DNA of 64,000 nt from Ruditapes philippinarum (taxonomy: Eukaryota): contig NW_026860278.1 in NCBI RefSeq assembly GCF_026571515.1, positions 62,001 to 126,000 of the forward strand, given 5' to 3'. The notes below the pieces were generated by a model. It was not told where the DNA came from. It did no database searches and was given only the letters and a program-made list of their open reading frames with translations. The first letter of the stretch is position 1. Each line of letters begins with the position of its first letter. A program made the position numbers and the translations under genes. Positions 26,101 to 38,100 of the stretch are shown here, one piece after another.

Positions 26101-29100
26101 TGTTGCTATTGATTCCATACAATTCTACTTTAGCATCTAAAAAACAAATCTTACTTTATAAAGAACAAGGTGAAAAATGTTGCTATTGATTCCATACAAT
26201 TCTACTTTAGCATCTAAAAAACAAATCTTACTTTATAAAGAACAATATGTTGCTATCGATTCCATAAAATGCTACTTTAGCATCTGAGAAAAACACAACA
26301 TCTCTTACTTTATAAAGAACAAGGTGAAATATGTTGCCATCTCTTCCATAAAAAACTACTCTATCATTTGTTGCATTTAGATTAACACTGCGTATGTTTC
26401 TCCCGGAGACATAATAGAACCTGAAAATAAAAATCAACAATGTAATGATGAAGTACGTAATAAAATGCAAAACTCATGGCTTATGTTGAAATAACAGTTA
26501 AGATAATATATAACATAACATAGAACTATAACATAGATAAAACACAAATAACAGTCATGTAAATGTCAATACGTGTATGCAAAAGGTGATGTCCTCAAGG
26601 TTAAATTTCAAAAAGGTTTCCAAAATGTATTTATCTATACATGTGTTATGACTGAGGCTGACGTAAGTGTACATCATTTTCATCTATATACTAGTTTCAT
26701 TGGAACCGAGGTTTTTTGTTGTTGTTTTATTATTATTATTATTATTTTGTTGTTGTTGTTGTTGTTGTTGTTGTTTTCATGTTATGCTTTATCAAATGTA
26801 AGAAACAAAACAGAGTGTTGCGATTTCTCTGTAGTTATAATTCTGTTGAATTTATGATCTCTTCTCAATCTAGGAAAAACGTATGAATTAAATATAATTA
26901 TTAACGGTCAATAATTATATAGCCTCCGTAAGGATATTGTTATATTACTACAGCAACTCTAATTCTACTAATCTATATAATAACAAGAAACTGAATAATT
27001 TAGAACGTGTAAGTGAGTACTTAAATAGATTACTTTCTTTGTTCCCTGTCATAGGCAAATGCTGAAATATCTGTTACTTCTTTGACGACCACTACCATAT
27101 TACTCCCATCAAAGTCTATTGTGACAAGAGACATTGCCCCTGTTTCACCAGTGATCATTGCTAAACGCCTAAACAAAAATAAACATAATTTTGCGTAACT
27201 AAATATTCCGACAAAAAAGGAAAGTAATATAAATTATAAAGAAAATACTATCAGCTATACACGGCTATCGTCAAGGGGCCAAGCAGGGACATGAATTATA
27301 ACCGAAAGACACAAGGATGGGGCAAGGGGAGGAGGTGCCAATTAGGCAATTACTGCTAATAACCAACAATTCAAATTTAAAAAAAATGCGGTTAAGTTCG
27401 GCTATTAAATTTATATTACAAGAGTTTACTCAGTTTTATTTTTGTTTTTACTAACAACAAAAGTGTCCATAAATGTTTGAAGGAAGTCTCAAACTAAAGT
27501 GATGTTACCTTCGTTCTAGCAGGACCATCAGTTCGCGGGGTTTCTTCATCACAAGCGCGTCAACTTTGGCAGCTGCTTTTGTTCCAACATTTACTACCCT
27601 TATATGTCCAGTATCATATTCGCACCAATAAAGGTTCTTTCCGTTAACGGCATCAAAAGCAATACCTATAAGGTACCAAAACAAACAGTCAAATACAATA
27701 TGTTTTATACAAAAATGTGATATAGGGTGATCCCTCTGAAGGAATGTAAACAGCAAAATCTCTTGAAAATTGCAGATTGAGTATGTTCATGAGGGATAAT
27801 GGAAAACTTTCCTCACGCATTTGAGCGTCTTCCTCTTCTTTTATTACTATCTTATTTAGAAACTGGAAATGCCTTATTTGAACATACCTTCATAAAAGAA
27901 GTGGACAGGCTGCCTTCACACTCATTAAAACTTATCTAATAATTAAAATGAAAAGTATTTGAAGAATAAATTACAAATAACTTTAAATTTTTAAGGTGGT
28001 TTACGTGATTGGTAATGAAGTTTTATAAAACGACACACAACATATAAATATAATCCGGCGTAGCGTAGCCATATCCTGTACAGGATGCGAGCAGACCCTT
28101 CAAATGCAAGAGGTAAACTTTTCTTGACTACAAGGAGGGAAAATGGCAAATGCTGTTTTGCGCCCTTCATTTAAAACAAACGAATTACGTTTTGCATAAA
28201 TTTGTAATTATTTTACTTACCACTAATGTTTCCTGTAGCAGATGCTATCAAATCTTTAGCATCGTTTTCTATTGGCAGGTCTATCGGTCGTTTATAGATT
28301 TTATTGTCAGCCGTAGCGAAATAAAAATCTCTACTCTTCATATCCATATCAAATTTGACTATAAGGTCACCCGGTGCGGCTTAAAAGGGAGAAAAAATAA
28401 ATAAGAAAGGCACTACAAAGCCTTACAAATTCGCAAAGTTCTTTAAGATATACTAGTATGATGCTCAAATTTGGTATCTTAAAATATTGGTATTCTCCTT
28501 ACAGTCTTTATGAGTCCACAGAGAGCGGATATGTTATGTTATAAACATTTCACACAGTTTGAATACAGAGTGTCATTTCATTAAACTGGCAGTAATTGTT
28601 TAAGAAAATATCAAATTCACTTGACCAGTTATAGAAAATGCAGATGACCCAAAAAATTTCTCTCATTTTGAAATAAGACAAATCTAGTTAGAAATTCCTA
28701 GATTTAAATGAACTATTATAATAAAAATACTTTATCGGAAGACTGAAGAAAAACATAAAATATTGGTAGACTAAATTAACTTTGGGTGCATGTACTAAGT
28801 GGACATTGTGTGTGTGTGTGTGTAGGTACATGTAGTTTCTTGCTGTGAAACGTTTAAAACCGTGTGACCAAACACTTTTTAAGATGACATTCAGGTTGTT
28901 TGTTTTTTTGAAAGGTAGTTTGTTCACTTACCAGTTGGAGCAGGGGTAGTTAATACTGGAGGAGTTGACGCGTTTGGTGGCGAAGTAGAAACTTTACCAG
29001 GAGTTGTATTTACAACTTGTCTCTTCTTCCTTCCTGACGGAGCCGATGTAGTGGTCACCTTAAAATAAATTTGAGCCGCGTCATGACAAAACCAACATAA

Positions 29101-32100
29101 TGGGTTTGCGACCAGCATGGATCCAGACCATCTATGCGCATCCGCGCAGTCTGATCAGGATCCATGCTGTCCGCTTATCAACCCTATTACAAGTAGAGAA
29201 ACTGATAGCGAACAGCAAAGATCCTGATCAGACTGCGCGGATGCGCAGGCTGGTCTGGATCCATGCTGGTCGCAAACGCACTATGTTGGTTTTGTCGTGA
29301 CGCGGCTCATTTATTATATACTTATAAATGACTTATTGAGAAATATTGATGAAAAAAATTCGTATTTTCATTTTCCGTATTTTCACTGTAAAAAATATTT
29401 TTCATTGCAGTGAAAAAAAAAAATTCTGTATTTTCACTAGCGTTTTGCTAGACTACTTTCTTCTAAATTGAGCCAAATACACAAAATTTAAACGGAAGTC
29501 AATCAAATCAAAATGTCTAAAAAAGAATGAGAAACATGTATATAATAAACAAGAAATTCAAGTAAGTGATATGAAAATATGAAAATTATCATATTTCATA
29601 CCACTCGATGAAAATATATTATGTATTTATAGAACAAACTTGAATATCCTCTTTATTTTTTAATGTCTACAGATCATAGTTAACAAATCAAATCGAAATT
29701 TAATTTAGCATAATGTATCGATTTATTGTGGACTTCGGTGTTGTTGTTGACAAACATGTTTTACCTATGAGGATTAAAGAATCTTAATTATTCATAAATA
29801 TATTGTTAAGCGAGCATATCCTTTAATTAAAAGCAGTTTATACTGTTTTAAAAGAAAGGAGTCATGTAAGAAAAACAATTCGCCTTATATAATTCATGCA
29901 AATATGTTTATAACAAGTATTCTTTACAAATTAAGGTTGATCTCTCGGAAGCATTAATGAAATGAAACCTGCAGACTCAGTTTGATTTAGTCTGTACACG
30001 AGGGACAATGAAAATATGCTACATCCCTCACGCCCCCTAGCACCGGCTTGAGCGATAGTCAATTTCAACACTTAAAAAGTGAAACAATGGCCCCGAAGGA
30101 CCAGAAAAAGTATAACAACTCTGGAGTGAAGTAACACTTACGGGTGCATTCTTTGGTTTTATCGATGTATATCTACAGACGACATCGTGGTTCGTATGTG
30201 CGAAGGCGCGAAGGTCCACCAGACATATATGTGTCTGATTAGCGATAACAAGCGCCTTACGATAATCCAAATAAGATGCTGAAATTTTATATTGTAATAT
30301 TTATAATGAAATGGGTAATGTAAGAAAGATTCAGGGTAACATACACCGTTTTTATTTGAATTGTTGTTACTATTAATATATAAAATTTAGTTAATAAAAT
30401 CTTAACTAAACAATTAGAATAAAAGCAAAATTTAGGTTATTTATATTGTATATATGCATACTTTTTTTGTTTCATTCGTATACATACATTTTAACTTTGT
30501 CATGAAACTTCAAATGCATATTGAGATAAAAATATAACCTATACCCTTGTATAATCTTATATCAAGTCTCAGTCACGAATCATAAGATGTAACCCTTTTG
30601 TGGGCTTTACATGACCCAGCCTTACTGTGACTTTTATTGTTAAAGTAAACTATATTATATTGTATTATTTTCAGCTATTGTTGTCTGAAAATAACAATTT
30701 TATAAACATTTATGACAATGTTGCTGTGGCAACCGATTATAATATACCGAAATATTTGGCTTTTTGATCGCGCAATACGTAACATAAATTTGGCATGCAA
30801 TAGTCGTATAATTGCAATATTATAGAAATACTAAGTTTACAGAAACAGCAAGCTAACCTTCACATTGACCCGTCGAATTTAAATGATATCCCTCAGAGCA
30901 TAAACATTTGGCACCAGTTTTTGTCAGGACACACATATGATCACACTTCTTCAAGGCGCAATAATCTGAAAAAATATATATACATATTTCTTTTAACCAA
31001 ATTAAAATAATGAAACAATATTGTGTTTATCTAAAATGGGAAATATTCCAATAAACAAAACATCAAATGTGCACGATGTGTTGCTGTCGTGGGTTCATGA
31101 TTTTTTATTTATTGAATTGTTAATAATAACTCCCCGTCCATGCTTTACCCTTGTGCCCTCTGTTTTTGGTTTGATGGCAAAACGGGGCTCCTTATCGATA
31201 GTCCTGTGTGGGTTATGCTTTTATTTTTCCTGTTAAGTGAGGCTTAAATTAAATGTTAAGCTTTCTTGTGGACCTTTCTTCTTATGTTTTAGGTAACAAC
31301 AGGTCAATTGTTTAGTATAGAGTTTCATGCATTGTTTAAATGTATACAAAAAGTATAATACGTAGATTGTTATGACACTATTTATATGTACACATACATT
31401 AAGTTATAGATCCGTTATGGCCAAGAACCGTTTTTAAAACTTCATTTTTTGGTCCACATATATTAAGTTATAGGTCCGTTATGGCTAAAATGTTTTAAAA
31501 CTTCATTTTTAATCTTATGTAATAGTTTTCAAAAAGTAAGTAATTGGTCAATCATCTTAATCATCTTTTGCTTTCTTATCCCAGTTGGCAATAAGTATAC
31601 ATGTAGTTCTCTTTTTGGCAATTTGTATAGTAATATTGTTTTAATATTTTGTATGGAAGTCAAAATACTACTTAAAGGTAGTTTACATTTTGCTACATTT
31701 ATGACAAATAATTTCATTCAGCGCTTCTTTCTTTAGGTGAAAATCATCTAGCATGTCCTTTAACATATTTAATTATTTTAACATTCATATTTTCTCTTTC
31801 TAAAGAATGAAATAATTTTCGTTTCTAGGGTATAATGTGCCTTTAAATTTGATTTATTACAAACCTGTTCCATTTAATGGCGGTTGTTTCTCCTTGCCAT
31901 ATACAGCAATTCCGTAAATAGTCTCTGGGAAGATATTGACCGTTGTTGATTCAAGTTTTCCCTTGTGTGGACCATCGGTTTTGTTAACCGTTATCAAGTC
32001 ACTGTTTCGTATATCAGTCACATATACACATTCCTGTAAAAATCATTATTCTTGAGAAATAGATATAGAAATCAAATATTTATTATAAACATACATTTGG

Positions 32101-35100
32101 CAATAGAATTTGACAGCTTAAAGATACATGAATGTGAAATGTAAATTGAACTGTAGAATGATGGTTTGCAAGTAGATGTATACGTAACAGTTGGTATATG
32201 ATGGACTGTAGATATATAAACTTTAGTCAATAAACTACATATGAACAATCTTGAAGACAACATTTTGCAAATATTGCTCCCTGAAGAGATACCCAAAATA
32301 ACAGTGGTTTTGTTTTTGAATTAGAACCCTCTCCTTGGTTTTGCTTGGTTTTCCTTGTCGGACGTCATGTGTTTCTGGGTTTTGTTTGGGGATGCGTGCC
32401 TTGAATGCCACCCTTCCTTGTTGATCTTTGGGTTTTTTTTTATATTTTAAGAGGAACGTGTATTCCTTATAAATAAGTTTCAAGCTTTTAAATGTGTGCA
32501 TCAACTTAATAAATGTGGGCAAATTTGGGGCCTAGTGTTAACCTTTAACCTGTGGAATTTGTGGAATGGATTTGTTCAGCTTTGAATTCTTAACTGCACA
32601 TTCCATTTTATGGATTTCAATATCGTAATACAAAAAATGGGCTTCGAACAGTTTAGAATCTGGCCAGACTGTACAGGTGTGGAGCATGCTAGTCTGGCTC
32701 TTAAATGGTACTTTATAGTCCGGCGGGTTAAGGTTGGATACTGGACACTTGTTGTGTTTATAGTACTGAGGAACTTTCGCCTATTCAGTTTCAAATTCTT
32801 CAATATAAGAAAGTTTTAGACAGCAAATAGAATGTGCAGGTACATACATATAAAATGTAAAACATCTTATCGACATATGCTTTGTTTTAAAAGAAAAAGT
32901 GAGAATCGAAAGGGCAGTATGGTAAGTGTCACTTCCAATAAAATAGATTTAAAACATTAACCATATGTCACATAATCTACCGAGATAATATTGAGTGCAT
33001 CTTACAAAAAAAGCCTTAGGGACAAGAAAAAACGATCGTTATATTCAACTAGTAATAAAGCGAATGATAGTTAAACGTCTTACTTGGAAAAGTGCTATAT
33101 CCAACAAATTAGAACCTGGAATCCTTTTTATAGTATAAACATTTCTGCCATCATAATCAGACGTTGCTATGGTTTCGTAGGCTGCATCTATCCAATAAAT
33201 TCGTTTCTCAAATATGTCCACCTCCATTGATAAAGGTGACGAAATGTCTTTCCTTACAATAGTCCTTCGTTCAGTCCCGCTTGTTGTTGAGCGCTCTATT
33301 TTAGGATGTTTCCCGTTGTCCGACCAGAACAATAATCTAAAGTACAGAGTGGAAATGAAATGCTTAAAGATCAGAAAATAGAATTGTGTATTTTCTATGG
33401 ATTTAACTCACTACAGTGCTGGACCAGAACCTCCAGGCGTTTGCAGAAATCATGTTCATAAAATAGAAAAAAAAACGCTTTTTACACTTTCCATTCATTA
33501 TGTTATATAAATCGTTAATAACAGATAAATTAGGCATCTTAAAGTGTATTTCAATGGGTGAAAAAGCGAGATTTAAGCATTTAATTATTCAAGCATATAT
33601 TGTCCGATAATACCGGAATACGACATTGTCTCACTCATTTACTAAAGTAGCGATATGATAATGAATGAGAAATTTTACGAAATAAGAGATTCAAACTTAA
33701 TGAAAGGTCAACACACACAAGTGACTTAAGAGAACCTATTAGATTGAGAAAATGAAAGAAATAATGAAAATCTAAGTATACTAACTGTGCCTGTGGATCA
33801 ACTGCAAGCCCATCTGGGGCATCTAAATGTTTATCAACAATAATCTTGTAATAATCATTGTCGACCAAATTAATGTCCGCAGGTGCTCCGACTATCCAAC
33901 GGAATACAGAATCACTCCAGTATACTATATGTGTCATCCAATCAACGGCAACTTGAACTGTCCCTCTAGACACACCAACATGTATAAACTTGAAGGTCAT
34001 TTCACTAACATTCAGAGCTGTGTTGTATCCACAACCAATCGCTATTGATCTGTGTGAGGAAAATTACAATTATTAATATTGTATATTTCACTACCAAGAT
34101 TAAGTAAAAAGGACATATGATATGAATGTAACACTACTTTAATATTGCATATCAAAATATATAGGAGATACAAGGTCAGATTATAAAAGGAATCTTAGGT
34201 TAAAGTGCAATACACACCAACGTTTTGTAAATGAAACGTCACATGACATAATATATAATAAGGCACAGGGTACATGTCATATATAACGACGTTATTTTGG
34301 CATCGGTTTTTGCATCAAAATTAGTCAGACATCATTAATGGCTAATGACTTTGATATACATGACGTCACCAACATATTTGTACTGTGTGTAATACATCAT
34401 TAGTCCTTTCGATTTATATAAGGAACAGAATTTTTTTTATTGCACTTTACTTCGTTTAACACGGTTTAATTGATTAACATCTAAATGATATGTTTTAAAG
34501 AATATCACTCAAAAGAAACAGATAAATTATGATATAATTCGAAAACGATGAAGCTTTAGTTAAAGGCCTCTTGAAATACGAAAATAGTTTGTTTTAAATT
34601 TACCTACCTTAAATGATAGTCGTATAGATATATACATTTAGTCTGGAATTCGTAGTCAATACTTAGAAAATGAATATTTGGGTTGGAGAAAGCAATTCCT
34701 GGCACTGCTCCTGAGAAGTTTTCGTATCCCAAATATATTTCAAGATGACGTAATTGGGCGGCATTTGGGTCACCATATTCGTGCATCACCGTCATTATCA
34801 TACCATGTTCTAAATTAATAAAATGGATGATGATATCACATAAATGTTATTCATCAATATTCAACACTCTTCCCCCTTATTTCATATTTGTACGTTTATT
34901 TATAAATTTCAAGGATGTTTCTTCTTTTAAGGGGCGATGATATATTAATACGCAATTATTTATTATTTTCACTTTTTGCCAAGACAGCTTCTACATATTT
35001 CTATTATTTCAAAACCCAGACTGAAAAATAGTTTTTAATATAAGTAAAGTATAATAATTATGCATCCTTTGTTTGTTTATCACTGTTTATGAATCAACAA

Positions 35101-38100
35101 ACGATTGGATGAAAACTTTTCAAAATATTAAAATTTTCTTTTAATATTAAATGTATACTGTTTTGTTGACTTATGAGAACAAGAAAAACGTTAATCACTC
35201 AAACCATTATTTTCTTAAGTCTATTTTAATGCATATCGCTACACTGTGCTGTGTTTTAGCTGGATACTGACAAGGCTTGTGAATTTTGTGTTTCAATCTC
35301 GTTGCCCTTTCTTAAAACAAGTACTAATTACATAGGAAGGAACTTAGTACGAACTCGAAACCTCTAAACCACTGTTACGAGGTTTAGACGAAAAAGCCAC
35401 TGCTTCTGAGCTAAATGTAATGTAGTCAATAAATGCAATTTTGAATCTAAATAAACAAAAAAAATGGCAACTAAATTTGTTTACGTAAGTGCTATTACTT
35501 ATTAAGTTCAACACCTCTGCATTATGAACACCTATTTATCTTTTATCTCTCTATTTATTCATTGGTTAAAAATTCAGTAAAATTTATCCTGAATTTTAAA
35601 CCACCATTAAGATCCTGGATCCACCCATTTGTACAAAGAAAAGTACGGTGCTAGAGGGCGTGAGGTGAGCAATGCTGTACTTTTTCATTATCCCTCATGT
35701 ACAGAATCAATCAAAGCGGGTTGGCAGTTTTCGTTAAAATTTGTTGGGATTAATGTTTCCGAGGGATCACCCTTTCTCCAGATCTTTATCATATTTAAAA
35801 TAAGTAACCTTTGTTTATAGACGTATGTTTGAAAAGATAGCATCATTCATACAACATTATTAGTTTGTATCATAGTGCACCATCGTGATATATTGTTTTA
35901 ACAAGATAGCAACATCCAATCATTTACATAGCGACTGGTACTCGTTTTCAATTGCATAAATCGTCTGTACTAACGATACTCTGTATAAATAATTTTGGTG
36001 CATTTAAAAGGACAGAGTATTCAGAAATCAAACTTTATAAACAAAATAAGTATGATAAAATTCATATCTTAAACATTAAAATTTGTATCATCTTTGTCAG
36101 TAAAAATTCTATCTCTTAGAAAAATGAAGATACTTAGAATGAAAATTAATAGGATTTGAATATATATACAAAATCTGTTTATAACTTTATTTATATTTTA
36201 TTATTCTTTTTTTGTTATTTGCTGATTTTTGTCTTCTTGTTGTTGTTTTAAATGCGGTTATTCCCATTGCACGTTTTTATATTAATCATAAGTGTTTCAA
36301 AAACCGCAATCTCCGGTTCAAGGCGTATACAAATAACCTGTTTAACTTGGTATACCCTTTGTGGTGAAACTTCGTGATATTGTAAATAAAAGCAACCATT
36401 GATCTGGTTGTGCTTGTGCACAAAATATGAAAATCAAGATATAAAAGAATTCCTTGCCTGTCCCCAACACAGGACCACGGCAAGTAGCCAAGCAGGGCAC
36501 CAAACAGAACAGGGCACGCGAGCAAAACACAGACGTTAAACTTCAGAAAAAAGTAACCAATGAACGAGCATCTGAATATAACATTTCTGTCGCGTTCCCT
36601 TTCTCTGTCGTCACAATAAGTTACTCCAGAAAAAAATAAGCCAATCAATGGACATGTTCTGGGGGGCGGGTAGCTAATACCTGCACTCCAGTTAAAGCAC
36701 TGTATATTTTTATGTATACGACTTAACTCTAACACATTTTCAACAGAAACGTCCCCAAAATAGGATACAATATAAATATGTGTCCTGTATATTAACATTA
36801 TGATGGGGAGCTTTTTATATCAACTCTTTCAATAAATCCGTGTGAATGACAGGGCAAAGTTGTTTTTCTACAAAGTTCGATGTCTGTCTGTCAACAGAGA
36901 GTTTTTTATTATGATAACATTCGAAATTATGCTTTATAAAAATCATTGTCCTCTTTTTCATGCAAAACTACTGAGTAAATATTTACACAGATATAAACGC
37001 CCATTTGCAAACTTTTCTACTTTTTAATACAATGTTTTCTTGAAAGAAAAACGAACATTGAATACATGTAATTCTTATTCCGACGAGATGGTTATAAGGT
37101 ATTTAAACCCTTTCCAAGCTTAATTTGTTTATAGTACATTTTTTGAATTTTATTTTATAATTTTGTTTGCTTGTTTGTTTGTTTGTTTCATTTTACGCCT
37201 TTTCCCAACAGTATTTCAGTCATACCTAGGCGGGTAGTTTCCTAACTATCGTTCCTTGAGAGTTACACCAGTACTACACTACCTTCCTCCGCGCTAAACT
37301 ACCAAAGCATCTCCCGGGGATCGAACCCACGCCAGAGAGGTAACTGGATAAGAAGTCATTGACTCTAAACCCTCGACCACGGAGGCGGTTATATTATATT
37401 ATAATTTTGTGAATTTTTCTTTTGTGAAAGAAAGTAAAGGGTTCTGGCTTGAATATGCTAACTTAAAGAATTAATCATTCGATAATATCGATTATATGCA
37501 TTGATTGTTTTTAGTTTCTAATTGGTGGCCTTAAGTTTCTTATATTACAACTCGATAATGTAGTAAGTTTGTAGATGTTCGTGAAGTTGGCAGCCTAGCG
37601 GTGTGAATTTGGCAAGAGTTTGTAGCTTATTTGGTCAATATTCAAGTATTTTATCTTCCAATTGCCAGTACAGGTGCTTTACAATTGAAGAAATAAGCAT
37701 GGTTGTGAGCTCCCAGTAGGGTTTTGAGCGATGGTTTGAGATCTACAGGGCAGTCATCTTAACAAAAAGACCTTGCCGTTTTCACCAATAACATTCAAAT
37801 GCAAAATAAATCAGTACGTTTACGGTAGAAAATGGTCTGGTCATTGTTTATGCTTACAAATTAAATTTGAAAATATTGCAATTATTTATGCTCTTTGTAT
37901 GAAAGATTTGTTTGAACGTGGTAAAACGATAAGTTTCTATCATTTTTATTGTTTTGAAACATTTATCTCAACGATTACGTTTGTTCCCGTGACTTTCAGT
38001 ATTGTTATATTTTTCTTGTCCTTCGGTGTCATTGATTCCAACAAGTGTTGGAAATTAAGTACCGATCAAGTCTGTGCTAGGTGGCGTGGACCGATGTTGC

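Noticed and set aside
22652-26365. Regularly spaced repeats resembling CRISPR arrays
   Set aside because: Units are contiguous tandem copies with no unique spacers, there are no cas genes, and the context is a eukaryotic intron.
36286-36798. Longest ORF in the track (170 aa)
   Set aside because: Overlaps a dispersed repeat also found near 42.8 kb; no recognisable domain.
37300-37389. Possible tRNA gene
   Set aside because: A/B boxes are present but no complete cloverleaf, and it is attached to a SINE body and (AAAC)n tail.
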